A stretch of DNA of 64,000 nt. It comes from Octopus vulgaris (Eukaryota). Under the pieces are notes generated by a model. It saw only the letters and a list, made by a program, of their open reading frames with translations. It was not told where the DNA came from and did not search any database. Position numbers and translations under genes: made by a program. The stretch is taken from assembly GCA_951406725.2 (NCBI GenBank), contig OX597819.1, positions 5,022,001-5,086,000 of the forward strand, written 5' to 3'. Position 1 is the stretch's first letter. The number at the start of each line of letters is the position of its first letter. Shown here in pieces: positions 1 through 11,909 of this stretch.

Positions 1-727
1 GAGCTTGGCTCTGCTGCCACCCAGACCCTGGCAGATAGTTTCCTCTGTCCACTCGGGTTCTATCCCGGGTGGCAACCTGCAAACCCAAGCTCTTGTTAAC
101 TTCTTCCCATAATACGTGGGAAGAAACAAAATCTCTTTGCCCTCCAAGGGCTGGCTCACAAATTTGCAAGCCTCCTCAGGAGTGTCAAACAGCAACCACA
201 CCGTTGACACCCACCCCCCACCGGAGATGAATTTAATAGTTGGCAAATATTCTGCCAACTCTTTCTCAATTTCACTCTTTTGAAAGAGGGCGATGATGTA
301 GAGCAACTTGGAGTACGTTCACAGCACCACAATCCTCTCTTCAAAGTCTTTCATCCACTGTTTGAGTGGGACAATCTCCCACTCCAACACAGTGTTATTT
401 ATCTTCTTTGCCATGTTTCTTTTTCGAAAAACATCCACAAAAGACAAAAGTTCAAAGTTAAAAAAAAAAAGAACACAATTATAGGAGGAGGGATACGCCC
501 CCAAAACACACTTCTTACCACTAAGTGAGACTTTAAACACAACCACAGACATGCATGGAACTCAGTGGAGATTTCTTGTTAGACAAAAATAAATGCGAGC
601 AACAAACTCCCACTGAATCCCCAAAAAACAAATGTCTTACCTGGTAGTTGTGCTTCAATAATTCATGATGTTGGTATACAAAGACGTGACTCCAGCAGTG
701 AAGAAGAACATGTCCACACAGTAGTGA
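1..727 (-). mobile_element. ORF1-type retroelement, copy 1 (5' UTR plus start of gag-like ORF1; runs off the left edge)
   Basis: Minus strand from ATG at 414 reads MAKKINNTVLEWEIVPLKQWMKDFEERIVVL*TYSKLLYIIALFQKSEIEKELAEYLPTIKFISGGGWVSTVWLLFDTPEEACKFVSQPLEGKEILFLPTYYGKKLTRAWV..., colinear with copy 2; one premature stop at 319-321. 5' end abuts target-like aagaagcttacttccc (728-743, minus). Confidence 0.8.
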
Positions 728-743
728 GGGAAGTAAGCTTCTT

Positions 744-2684
744 TATTTCATTTAATTTGCCACAAGGGCAGCACACAGATAGAAGCTTGTGGGCTGGACA
801 TGGACAAGATGAGATGAAATGAAACAAAATGATACGGATGAGAGGGATGTCGGCGCCCACCGACCGACAAACCCTCGAATACAAAGTTTCTGACAACAAT
901 TCTCTTTGTCAGGTACCCCAAGCCAAGTGACTTGCCGCCTGCAGACAACTCTGCATCAACAAGTTGGGGCCCGCAAAGAGGAAAGCAAATTCTTCCTTGT
1001 CAAAGGTCGCTGTGACCTTTGACAAAATTCTTTCAGTTACTACCTCCGCAGCCACCTGCGGAGGCCATATCGGACTACTTGAGCAGACCGAGTACGCACG
1101 TTCTCGGTCACCCAAGCTGTCCAAAAATTTATTCACCGTCCCTCCCTCGTGGTAAAGGAGGACAAACACCTCCTCTTCACAGAAAGGGACCTCACACTGC
1201 TCCGTCAGTAGCACACTTCCCACTGACGGAGCCCTATCTGCAGGTGGCACACATCCCACCTGCGGCTCCATCGGTGGCCCAGGAACATCCGCCGACCATC
1301 CTCTGCTCCTCTTTTTCCTCTTTCTTTTTGAGGCTGTGGGAGCAGGAGGCTGCGTCGACTGACACAGTGGGTCGCTACCGTCCTCCGCCGCCTGAACATT
1401 CTTTGGTGAGCAACCATTGTTGCTCACCTTTCTTTTTCTTTTCTTGGAGGCAACTTACTCCACGACTTCAACCGTCTCCCCCTCCAATGAGGGGGCGACG
1501 GGCACCTTCTCTTTCTCATGCTCCAGGGCCACCTGGACAGTTCCTTTTGATATGGCCAGGCTCCAGGCACAGATGACACTTGGGGGGGGAGGGCGTCCCT
1601 TAAGTATAACTGGGTACCTGTACCCGGCCATTCTTAGGAAGTCTGGGAATGTCATATCTCCCACGGCCACCGGGGTCCATAGGGTCAAAGTTGCCTTTGA
1701 CCCCTCCCAGTTGACCGCTATCCCCCAGGCCTCGCCGGATGGTATCTTCGATCTATCCCACCTCTGTGTCCGGGGGCAGCCCTCACACCCAGACTCTTCT
1801 TATCTTCCTCCCACAATAGGTGGGGAGGAACAAAATTTCTTTCCCCTCAAAGGGCTCGCTGGCAAATCTGCCAGCTTCCTCGGGGGTACCAAACAGCAAC
1901 CAGACTGTTGCAAATTTGGTCCCCCGTGAAATAAATTTTATAGTTGGTAGGTAGTCTGCAAACTCTTTCTCTATCACACTCTTGTCGAAGAGGGCGATGG
2001 CACCACACGACCTAGAATAGGTCCGTAGTACCACCGTCCTCTTCTCAAGATCTTTAGTTCACTGTTTGGGTGGGATCACCTCCCACTTCAAAGCAGCAGC
2101 ACCGTTTATTTTTGCCACGTGCAAAAAAAGAAAGAGTCAAAGAAGATGTAAAAAAAAAAAAATAAATAAAACAAAGTAAGTCCAAAAAAAATAAATTAAC
2201 AGTTCAAAAAGAAAGAAAAAATCAGGAAAGATAGACGGAAAACAACAAAAATCCAATTTCCTGGCCAACAGGTACTCTCGGCCTAATGTGAATAAATCTT
2301 AGCATAAATCTTTTTTTTTTTCCCCGTAATTGGTAAAATAAATCCAATAAATCCAAACACAATACTGGCTACAGCCAACGGTAACTGCAACAGCAACTGT
2401 AACAGGTTCTATTTGGGCGAGGATACGCCCCACCTCCCCTTTTTTTTTTTTTAAATGAATCCAAAAATTCACAATAAATTCACAATATACAAAAACAGCA
2501 GCCGCCGAGAGCAGGCGAAATTGTCCCAGAGCTGGGCACAATTTACTGGAAAAAATAATTCGCATGCAATAAATTATGCCCAGCTCACAACAAACGAAAT
2601 CACCTACCTCGACAACCTTCTCTGTTTTTGTTCTTTTTTTCTTTTTAGGACGGAGCTCAAAGCTCACGTCCTCACTGTTCAACT
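744..2684 (-). mobile_element. ORF1-only (HAL1-like) non-LTR retroelement, copy 2, apparently full length (~1.95 kb)
   Basis: T-rich 5' UTR, decayed ORF1 2118->909, ~165-nt 3' UTR ending in AATAAA (742-747, minus). Flanked by 16-nt near-direct repeats aagaaacttgcttcca (2684-2699) and aagaagcttacttccc (728-743). No room for, or trace of, an EN/RT ORF2. Confidence 0.75.
909..2118 (-). pseudogene. Decayed gag-like ORF1 with CCHC zinc knuckle (L1/Tx1-type ORF1p, ~400 aa)
   Basis: Start codon is GTG at 2118 (ATG in copies 1 and 3). ORF pieces 1783..2034, 1455..1688 and 909..1427 are linked by stops or frameshifts; after a poly-C slip the sequence reads KCHLCLEPGHIKRNCP (C-x2-C-x4-H-x4-C), followed by basic KRKRK tracts. 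Confidence 0.75.
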
Positions 2685-2721
2685 GGAAGCAAGTTTCTTA
2701 CCACACAGCCACTTCTGTGCC
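2685..2721 (-). mobile_element. SINE-A 5' head only (A-box part), interrupted by the ORF1 element
   Basis: Reverse complement ggcacagaagtggctgtgtggtaagaaacttgcttcc matches the first ~37 nt of full SINE-A copies (e.g. 49576, 41755). Confidence 0.85.
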
Positions 2722-3164
2722 TATAGTTGGAGTTACAGACCATGCCTAGTGGAATAGTTCTAGATATTTAATATTTTTTTTTCATTTCTAACCTTTCTGA
2801 TGTCTAGGAATGGATATTGATGAAGATTTGAAAAGGCTAGTTTACCTATCATGGTTTACTCATTTTGCCCCAGTCAAACTTGTCTTTTATATGCTGAAAG
2901 AGAACTGCGATAATTTTCTGAAATAGTGATCAGATTATGTTTTAATGCATTTAGAAAAGGTCACTTACTTAGCTGATACAGTTTTTGTAAGATAGAGAAC
3001 ATTTGTAAAAAATATATTTTGTCTCAAACTCAAAAAGGCAGTAAAATCACCTCATTTTGCCCCAACCCTTCCTATATGCACACACACACACGCACATATA
3101 GATAGATAGAGAGAAAGAAATGTCTTTAGCTAAGACCTTCTGTTTTCACTGATTGAATATCTCT

Positions 3165-3399
3165 TTTGTTTCAGTCAATGCACTGCTGTCATGCTGGAGC
3201 ACCTCTTTGAAGGGTTTAGTTGAGCAAATTGAACCCTGTACTTATTTTTTAATCCCGGTACTTATTCTCTTGAGTTCGTTTGCTGAACCACTAAGTTATG
3301 GGGACTTAGATAAACTAATACGAGTTGGCAAGTAATAATGGGGGACAAACACAAAGACACACAACACAAATCACAAATATATACGTGTGTGTGTGTGTA
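3165..3399 (-). mobile_element. SINE-A 3' half
   Basis: ttgtttcagtca...catgctggagcacc...ggggacaaacacaaagacac matches the SINE-A 3' body; stops at the internal microsatellite. Confidence 0.75.
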
Positions 3400-4352
3400 T
3401 CATCATCATCGTTTAACATTCGCTTTCCATGCTAGCATGGGTTGGACGGTTCGACCGAGGTCTGGGAAGCCAGTAGGCTGCACCAGGCTCAGTTTGATCT
3501 GGCAATGTTTCTACGGCTGGATGCCCTTCCTAACGCCAACCACTCCGTGAGTGTAGTGGGTGCTTTTTACGTGCCACCGGCATGGAGGCCAGGCGAGGCT
3601 GGCAACAGCCATGCTCAGATGGTGCTTTTTACATGCCACCAGCACGGAGGCCAGGCGAGGCTGGCAATGGCCATGATCGGATGGTGTTTGTTATGTGCCA
3701 CCAGCATGGAGGCCAGTCGATGCGGTGCTGGCTACAGCCACGTTCGGATGGTACTCTTATGTGCCACCGGCACTGGTATCACAACTACAAATTCCATTGA
3801 TGTTGATTGATTTCGATTTGATTTTTGATTTTTTGATTTTCACTTGCCTCAACAGGTCTTCACAAGTAGAGGTATGTGTCCCAAGAAGGAAGGTATGCAC
3901 AGGTGGACTGACTCCGTCCCAGGTAGGGGCCACGGGTTATGGCCTTACTTATCCTGCCAGGTCTTCTCACGCACAGCATACTTCCAAAGGTCTCTGTCTC
4001 TGGTCATTTCCTCGGTGAGACCTAAAGAGCGAAGGTCGTGCTTCACCACCTCGTCCCAGGTTTTCCTGGGTCTACCTCTTCCACAGGTTCCCTCAACCGC
4101 TAGAGTGTGGGACTTTTTCACACAACTATCTTCATCCATTCTTACCACGTGTCCATACCAGCGTAGACGTCTCTCTTGCACACCACAACTGATGCTTCTT
4201 AGGTCCAAATTTTCTCTCAAGGCACTTACACTCTGTCGGGTATGAACACTGACATTACACATTCATCGGAGCATACTGGCTTCATTTCTTGCAAGGTTAC
4301 GCATATCCTCAGCAGTCATGGCCCATGTTTCACTACCATGTAGCATGGCTGT
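3400..4352 (-). mobile_element. 5'-truncated RTE-clade LINE (ORF C-terminus, repeat-containing 3' UTR, (GAT)n tail)
   Basis: ORF 3945..4262 contains RRLRWYGHVVRM...GRGRPRKTWDEVVKHDL...DRDLW, preceded by LHGSETWAM, typical RTE C-terminus; 3' UTR has ~57-bp tandem units; ends aaacgatgatgatg. Confidence 0.9.
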
Positions 4353-5252
4353 TTTATCAATTCTGAATACTTAAAATATTGAGTGAAGAGGAGATGGAGA
4401 ACAAAAAAAGCTGATAAATTTATTTAAAAATTGCTTATTGAAAAGAAAATATGAATTGGTTAATTTCCTTATTTCTACTGTGAATTCTATTTAATAAAAT
4501 GTGTGTGTGCATGTATGACTACCTAGGAGTAGCTCTTCAGAGTAGATTTCAAAGTTTAACTTTTGAAATTTTTGGTTGTTACTGGTGTGTTGTTAATAGA
4601 TTGAGTGGAGAGTTGACAGTTACAAAATATCTGAACTTGTAGTGAATGGATGCAATGTCATAATAATTGTGAGAAAACTTGAGGAACTGTGACAGCTGTA
4701 GCTTCTCACAGATTCTTCTACACTTCAGATAGAACAATCCAAGCAAATGAAGAGCTGCTGGAAAGGTCAGCACATGAAAATTAATAATTAACAATACATT
4801 GTTAGAGGAGGAGGAAAACTCCCAAAAGCTAAGTGTATATTGGATAAATTAATCATTTATGAAAGCTTTGATCTAATCTTACTCTCAGGAATTAGATGAT
4901 TCCTTATCTCTTTATTTTTGTTGATTTTGTAAACCTAGCTCCGACACCTTTAATAAATTTCTTAAGCTAGATTGACTACAGCTATAATTTCTGTAAAGAG
5001 TAAATAAGTCACTTGTTGTTTGTGTATGTATGTCTGTGACTTAAAACTATATGCTAGAAATGACAGCTAATTAGGAACTAATGAAAGCAACACAAAGACT
5101 CAATGAAAATATTTATAGGAAAATGTGACTTAGGTGTGCCAAAACTGGCCTCAAAAACTGGAAAAAAAAAAAAAAAATTTGAATGCAAATGTCTAGTACT
5201 TGAAATCAGAACATACTTATTTCTCTATGCATCCAACCCCATATCCCCATAT

Positions 5253-5390
5253 AGGTGTGGCTGTGTGGTAAAATGTTCAGTCCCACTAGTGTGGCATCTT
5301 GGGCAAATGGCTTCTACTATAGCCTTGGACTGACCTAAGCTTTGTGAGTGTATTTGATACATGAAAACTGAAAGAAGCCTATCGTGTATG
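5253..5390 (+). mobile_element. SINE-A-like 5' half (degenerate)
   Basis: aggtgtggctgtgtggtaa...gtggcatcttgggcaaatg...aaactgaaagaagcct. Confidence 0.7.
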
Positions 5391-5554
5391 TGTGAAATTG
5401 TCTCTTTATCTTGACATCAAGTGTCAGTCATACAAGCTGTGTCATTCATTTCCAATCTTCCATGAAAACCTGTCCACCTTGGCAAAATATTATCTTATTT
5501 GGAAACAAGTGAAGGTTGGCAGCTGGAGAAAATCAATGAAGAAAAGGCACCAGA

Positions 5555-6519
5555 AGAGCGATGCATACCCTGTGCACAGATAAAATAAGTGTCACTGTTA
5601 TAGGTATTTATACTCCGTGAAATTAAGAAATCCACAAATCCATCACTGTACACACACATGCACCCCCCCCCCCCACATACACAGTTGCATATCTATGTAT
5701 TTATTTATGTATGTATGTATCCACACTTGTCTACGCGCATAGGTACACCATGATCTATACACACAGATCCATATGAAAAAGAAAGTGAAGAAAATGAAAC
5801 ATTTATAGAAAATATTGCATAGAATTTAAGTGTTTTCAACATTTTTCAATGATGGCAGGTGAATCAAATGTACTGTAGTTCGTTGTAGGATATAAATAAT
5901 ATAACCACTTACTTATCGGGAAGTTTGTAAGTTTGATTTAAAAAAAAAATTTTTCAAGTATCATCATTATAGGTATTTATACTCTGGTGAAATTAAGAAA
6001 CCAAGTCGTAAATAAACGAAACCCTCAAATCTATCACTATACACACACATGCACACAGTTGCACATCTATGCATGTATTTAATGTATGTATGTATGCACC
6101 CACACATGTCTATGTGCATAGACACACCATTATCTATAAACATGCAGATGAGGATCGATTCATATGAAAAAGAAAGTGAACAAAATGAAATACTTATAGG
6201 AAAACATTGTATAGAATTTGAGAAGTGTTTCGTCATTATAGGTATTTATACTCCAGTGAAATTAAGAAATCAACTCATTAATAAATGAAACCCTCGTATC
6301 CATCACTGTCCATGTGCACATTCAGAGTCGCATATCTATGTATATATTTGTGTATGCGTGAAGATAATCAAATGAAATTTTCATCATTTCAAGTCACTTC
6401 TACTAAATTTGGTGAAAATCCATTCAATTGTTCTTCAGTAATTTTGCAAACACACAGACAAATAGACAAAGATGAGTGATTACAATACCCTGCTTTTGCT
6501 TATATGTGCAGGGTAACAA
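5555..6519. mobile_element. Probable non-autonomous Helentron/DINE-like element with an internally triplicated unit
   Basis: ataccctg near 5565 recurs at ~6486 as part of a hairpin ataccctgc...gcagggtaa; ACAC/AGAC tract near the right end; a unit beginning ttataggtatttatactc...gtgaaattaagaaa occurs at ~5598, ~5967 and ~6236. Confidence 0.45.
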
Positions 6520-7111
6520 GCTCCATTTGACCCATGCAAAGATGGAAAAGTGGACGTTAAAACAATTTTACACACATTCACACAAATCAAATATGTAAAA
6601 TATTTGAGAATACAGAATGTAAGTCATACTCAGCTTAGTCAAATGAAGGGCAAATTACATAGAATATTATGAACAAAATTAGATTTATACTAGGGATATG
6701 TCTAAAACAAAGTAATTAATGCAAAAGCCTAGCTATCCTCGTAATTATGTGCAGTTTCAGTGTCATATAGAAAGGAAAATTATAATTGTAAAACATAGGA
6801 ATGCAATGTGGCTGATTTAAAAGGTGTCTTTTAAAATCTTATGTGGATACAAAATATCTTAGGATATCCAGGATACTAAATATTCTGGCAAGATTGAAAC
6901 AAAAAAGTACTCAAAAAATAAAGGCAGAATTAATAATTTAGAGAGTATGACAAGAACTGAAATGGATTCTCATTAGGTTAAGGAATTAATTAGATGTAAC
7001 ACAGATCCTTGTAATGTGATAGAGGTGTGGTAATAAAAAGCAGACAGTGAAGTAAATATAGTTATTAAACAAAAGTTGTCAGATATGTCATAACAAACCA
7101 CATTTGATACA

Positions 7112-7442
7112 TTTCTATATTGAAGAGATGAGGAATTATTTACATTATTTACATTTGATGGATATTTGTCCTCATCTTGTTTGTTGTTAACACATTTCTG
7201 CTGATATACCCTCTAGCCCTCATCAGGTGTCTTGGGGAAATTTTGAACATGGGTTCTCATTCTTAAGGTATTTTTCGATGTTTGATAATAATAATAACAA
7301 CATCGAAAAAATACCTTAGGAATGAGAACCCAGGTTCAAAATTTTCCCAAAACACCTGATGAGGGATGGAAGGTATATCAGCCGAAATGTGTTAACAATA
7401 AGATGAGGACAAATATCTGTCAAATGTAAATAATGTAAATAA
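7112..7442. mobile_element. Penelope-like LTR fragment in fold-back (inverted) arrangement with hammerhead cores
   Basis: 7136-7281 is the reverse complement of ~7299-7442 around an (AAT)n loop; arms contain cacCTGATGAg...cagccGAAAtgtgtt. Same family as 31156-32261. Confidence 0.75.
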
Positions 7443-8062
7443 ATCACTATTTGGCCAGAGATCCAGGAAGTACATATTCAATTTGAAAACTTAGTCCTCT
7501 TGGTTCTAATTCAGCAGGGACATATGCTATGAATCTGTTAATTCATTTATTCATAGCCCATGCAGTGTTGGTGACAGTTTCTTTGTCTGAGGATCAAAAG
7601 GAAGAGCAGCTTGATCTCGAGTGGCTTTGTTAACTAATCTTTTATGCCTACACTCAGTAGTTTTAAAGTGAAAGTCAGTCCATGCATTATGATCTCAATC
7701 TTTGCAATTGGAGTTCAGACCTCAGTGAATGAGCAGCCAGCTGTTGGTTTTACATTGGAGCAGCCTGTTCCAAGATGAATTGCCTTACAGGGACAGAGGG
7801 CTCCATTTATTGTGCAGTTGCCTGAAGGGTGTCAAAGAGGACACCAGACCACCTGGAGAACTCCACTCCTTGATTTGCTGTCAAGGTTGTTTCTCCTAGC
7901 TTTTACCTTTCCCAAGGCGCTCATAAGGTAAAGGGGGTTTGTGCTTGGAATTCCTAATAATATGTAATTATTTAAATATGATAGGATTTTTTTGAACATC
8001 AAATGGTTAAAAAAGTCCTCCCTAGTAAAATAGGAATCAAAGGGGTTCATATTGTTTTATTC

Positions 8063-8435
8063 TTTTACATATTTCAGTAATTTGACTGTGGCCATACTGG
8101 AGACTGTCTTAAAGGGTTTTAGTTGAAGAGAACGACCCCAGGACTTATTCTTTGTAAGACTAGTGCTTATTCTGTTGGACCCTTTTGCCAAATTGCTAAG
8201 TTACAGGGATGTAAACACACCACATAGGTTGTCAAGTGATGGTGGGCGAACAAAGACACACGTACAAATATATATATGTGTGTGTGTTTGTATACACGAT
8301 AGGCTTCTTTCAGTTTCTGAATCCATTCACAAGGCTATAATAGAAGACACTTGCCCAAGGTGTCATGCAGTGGGACTGAACCTAGAACTATGTGGTTGGG
8401 AAGCAAGCTTCTAACCACATAGCTATGCCTGCGCG
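8063..8435 (-). mobile_element. SINE-A, near full length, diverged
   Basis: Tail ttttacatatttcagta... through to head ...ccacatagctatgcctgcgc. Confidence 0.8.
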
Positions 8436-8954
8436 TATATGTAAAAAAATGTTTGAGAAATGCTGATCTATAAGAACAAGTTGATAGGGGTAAATGTAGA
8501 TATTTTATTTACTTTTTATTATTGATATCCAGTTGTTTTCAGGTGGGTGTAAGCTGTAGTAGTGAAAGCTGCTGCTGCTATTACTACTATACCATAACCT
8601 ACATTAGTTTCCTCTAAGTATTTTTAATCAGGAAACATTTCAACTTCCACTCTTTTATTTGAGCAGAATACATGCTAATTGATGATTGAGTCAGTAGAAT
8701 ACTAGACAGCCAGCCATTAAATCAGTGGTTTGTGTCATACAAAGTACTAACGCTATACTGTGCCTATGGCCAAGACCAAGTCCACACAATGCTAAATAGA
8801 TACCACAGATTAATATAATCCAGTGTGATAAGCAGTGATTTGCTGGTTTGTTGTGCTGAATTCAAAATCTCTTGTGGGAAATGTTGCACACAATATGGCA
8901 TCGTTTGGAGAAGGATATAGCTTGTAGAGTTCGTAAAGAAATAGATTTCTTTTA

Positions 8955-9480
8955 TCTTTTACTTTGTTTCAGTCATAGGACTGTGGCTATGCAATGTCTA
9001 GTCGAACAAATCAACACCAGTACTTACTTTTGAAGTTTGGTACTTATTTGAATATTTTTTTTTTGTTGCTAAATTGCTAAGTTACAGGGATATAAACAAA
9101 CCAACATTGGTTCTCAAGTAGTGGTAGTGATACAATCACAAAGGTGCACACACATGGAGATATATATATATATATCTTTTATCTTTTACTTGTTTCAGTC
9201 TTTAGACTGTGGCCATACTGGGGCACTTCCTTATTCTTTTTTTTAGCCTGGTACTTATTCTATTGATCTTTTCTGCCAAACTGCTAAGTTACTAGGACAT
9301 AGATGCATCAACATCAGTTGTCAAGCAATGGTTAGGGACAAACATACACATACACGACAGGCTTCTTTCAGTTTCCAACTACCAGATCCACTTACAAGGC
9401 ATTGGTCAACCTGAAGCTGACCAATTTCTCAACCATGTGTTTAGGAAACAAGTTTCTTAGCACACAGCCATGCCTGTGCA
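8955..9480 (-). mobile_element. Two adjacent SINE-A copies (3' half plus near full length)
   Basis: Two tails ttttacttgtttcagtc at ~8958 and ~9184; head cacacagccatgcctgtgc at ~9461-9479. Confidence 0.75.
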
Positions 9481-9507
9481 TATATATATATATATATATA
9501 TACATGT

Positions 9508-9843
9508 GAAGGCGCATGGCTTAGTGCTTAGAGCGTCGAGCTTACAATTGTGAGGTTGTGAGTTCGATTCCTGGACCGGGCTGCGTGTTGTGTTCTTGAG
9601 CAAGAAACTTTATTTAGTTAACTGAGCTGTATAAATGAGTTGCGACATCACTGGTGCCAAGCTGTATCGGTCCCTTTGCCTTTCCCTTGGATAACACAGG
9701 TGGTGTGGAGAGGGGAGGCCGGTATGCACGGGCGACTGCTGGCCTTCCATAAACAACCTTGCCCGGACTTGTACTTGGGGGGGGCGGGTAACTTTCTAGG
9801 TGCAATCCCGTGGTCATTCATGACAGAAGGGGTCTTCCCTCCC
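9508..9843 (+). mobile_element. tRNA-derived SINE, family C
   Basis: A box tggcttagtg, B box gagttcgattcc, central gtgttcttgagcaagaaact...tataaatgagt; flanked by (TA)n. Related heads at ~11415, ~23828 and ~23978. Confidence 0.75.
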
Positions 9844-9910
9844 ATATATATATATATATATATATATAAAAGAAGCCTTTCATGCATGACACATGTGTAT
9901 ATATATATAT

Positions 9911-10240
9911 TGTTGTTTGGCATCCTTTCTGTCTCGGGAGACAATGGAGTTGCGCATTTTTTTTTTTTTTTTTTTTTCTAGGTCTAGTCCGGCTGTTATA
10001 TTTTATTTCCTGTTACATTTCTTGCTGTGGCTGTGTAGTCCTATCCTGGACAAACACTCCCTCTGGCAGGTACTGCAAATGTAGCGAAGACTGTTCCTGG
10101 CTGGTTGTAGTGCCATGGTCTCTTGTTTATGTCTCTTCCTTTCTTTCCATTTCTCCTCTCTCTTTCTGTCACTCCTCTGTATACCCTCTTTTACTGTACG
10201 TCGCCATTCTCCACGGTTGCCGGCGACTGCCTCCCAACCG

Positions 10241-10242
<2 letters not shown>
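9911..10242 (-). mobile_element. 3' end of a second RTE-clade LINE with C-terminal zinc-finger-like motif
   Basis: ORF 10003..10284 reads WEAVAGNRGEWRRTVKEG...CSTCQRECLSRIGLHSHSKKC; 3' UTR ...ccattgtctcccgagacagaaaggatgccaaacaaca. Confidence 0.8.
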
Positions 10243-10277
<35 letters not shown>

Positions 10278-11510
10278 GTGTCATGCATGAAAGGCTTCTT
10301 TCAGTTTCTGTCTACCAAATCCACTCCCAAGGCTTTGGTCAGCCTGAAGTTATAATAGAAGACACTTGCTCAAGGTGCCAGGCAGTAGAACTGAACACAA
10401 GACCACATTGTTGGGAAGCAACAAACCATGCCGGTGATTTTTCCAAACTTTTCCAGTCTACTACCTCAGAAGAGTAGAGAAAGCTGTATTGGCAGTAGTA
10501 GTAATACTAACAAAAGGAGAGAAAGAGGGAAGACAGAGCTGGATGGTGGTGGGTTTAGATGTTTATTGATTGTATTTCAATATTTTATGATTTCAAATCT
10601 TTTCAAAGATGTTCCATTTGCTTTCCAGCAATCAAAAACTATTTTGATTATATTTTGGTTAAGGTTCGACTCGCTAACTAGTTATTAACTTCTATATACT
10701 TATCTTCTATATCATTGTGGTTCTATTCTTTTATTAATATATTTATTTTATCATAAAAAATTTCAGTCATTATTGGTTTGTAATTTAATATAAAAATAAG
10801 ATTAAATAAGATTTGCATTATTCTGCTGTAATTTTTCTATAGATCTGTTATTAAAGGATGCCACTGCGTTTTATATTTTCTCTACTCTAGAGTTAATTGA
10901 ATTAAAAAAAGAAAAATATTTCAACGTCTGTTTTACCTGTTTGCAGTTTAGTGAATAGAAGAATGACTAACTGGAAACTGTTGCACTTTGATTATGTTTC
11001 ATTTTAGGCAAACAGTCTATTGACTTGGAAAAAAAAAAATGAGTATCCAACATAACATGACTCTTATATGCAAGAACAAATAGTTTTATTGCAGCTCTAA
11101 TGAAATTGAAAGAAAATTAGATTTTTTTTATTTGTTTCATTTCGTGAAATTTTGCAACAATAGAGTACACACAATAGAGTACACACTGGAGTATAACTTT
11201 AACTCATTTGTTTATTATATGAATTTGTTTGTTAAATGAGTTAGAAAGAATGAAATTTTCTTCAATTTCATTAGAATTGCAATAAAGTGTATTTACTCCT
11301 CCATAAAATAATCATTTTTTAGTGGCTATTCATTAAAGTTATACTTGTCATTTTCAATTGCATCTATAACTATTTTGAATAAATATAAATTCACCCACAT
11401 ATGAGAATTGTTTAGAGCCACATAGCCTAGTGGTTAGGGATTTGACCTTGAGATTGCAAGATCATAGTTTCAATTCGCAGATCAGTAGTGCATTATTTTT
11501 GAGCAAAACA

Positions 11511-11909
11511 GGTGTAGGAGTGGCTGTGTGGTAAGTTACTTGCTTACCAACCACATGGCTCTGGGTTCAGTCCCACTGCGTGGCACCTTGGGCAAGTGTC
11601 TTCTACTATAGCCTCGGGCCGACCAAAGCCTTGTGAGTGGATTTGGTAGACGGAAACTGAAAGAAGCCTGTCTTATATATGTATATATATATATGTATGT
11701 GTTTGTGTGTCTGTGTTTGTCCCCCCAACATCAATTGACAACTGATGCTGGTGTGTTTACGTCCCCGTAACTTAGCGGTTTGGCAAAAAGGACCGATAGA
11801 ATAAGTACTAGGCTTACAAAGAATAAGTCCTGGGGTCTATTCGGTCGACTGAATGTGGTACTCCAGCATGGCCACAGTCAAATGACTGAAACAAGTAAAA
11901 GAGTAAAGA
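11511..11909 (+). mobile_element. SINE-A, full length, inserted inside a SINE-C copy
   Basis: A box tggctgtgtgg, B box ggttcagtccc, internal (TA)/(TG) tract, tail gactgaaacaagtaaaagag; SINE-C sequence stops at gagcaaaaca (11510) and resumes at aaacacttcatttc (~11913). Confidence 0.9.

Noticed and set aside
1019-1929. Plus-strand Pro-rich ORFs (185 and 170 aa)
   Set aside because: Antisense to the GC-rich ORF1; homology between copies is interpretable only on the minus strand.
4729-4765. Candidate 37-nt exon (cttcag|...gaaag|gtcagc)
   Set aside because: Donor is mediocre and no peptide is recognisable; such matches are expected by chance in 64 kb.
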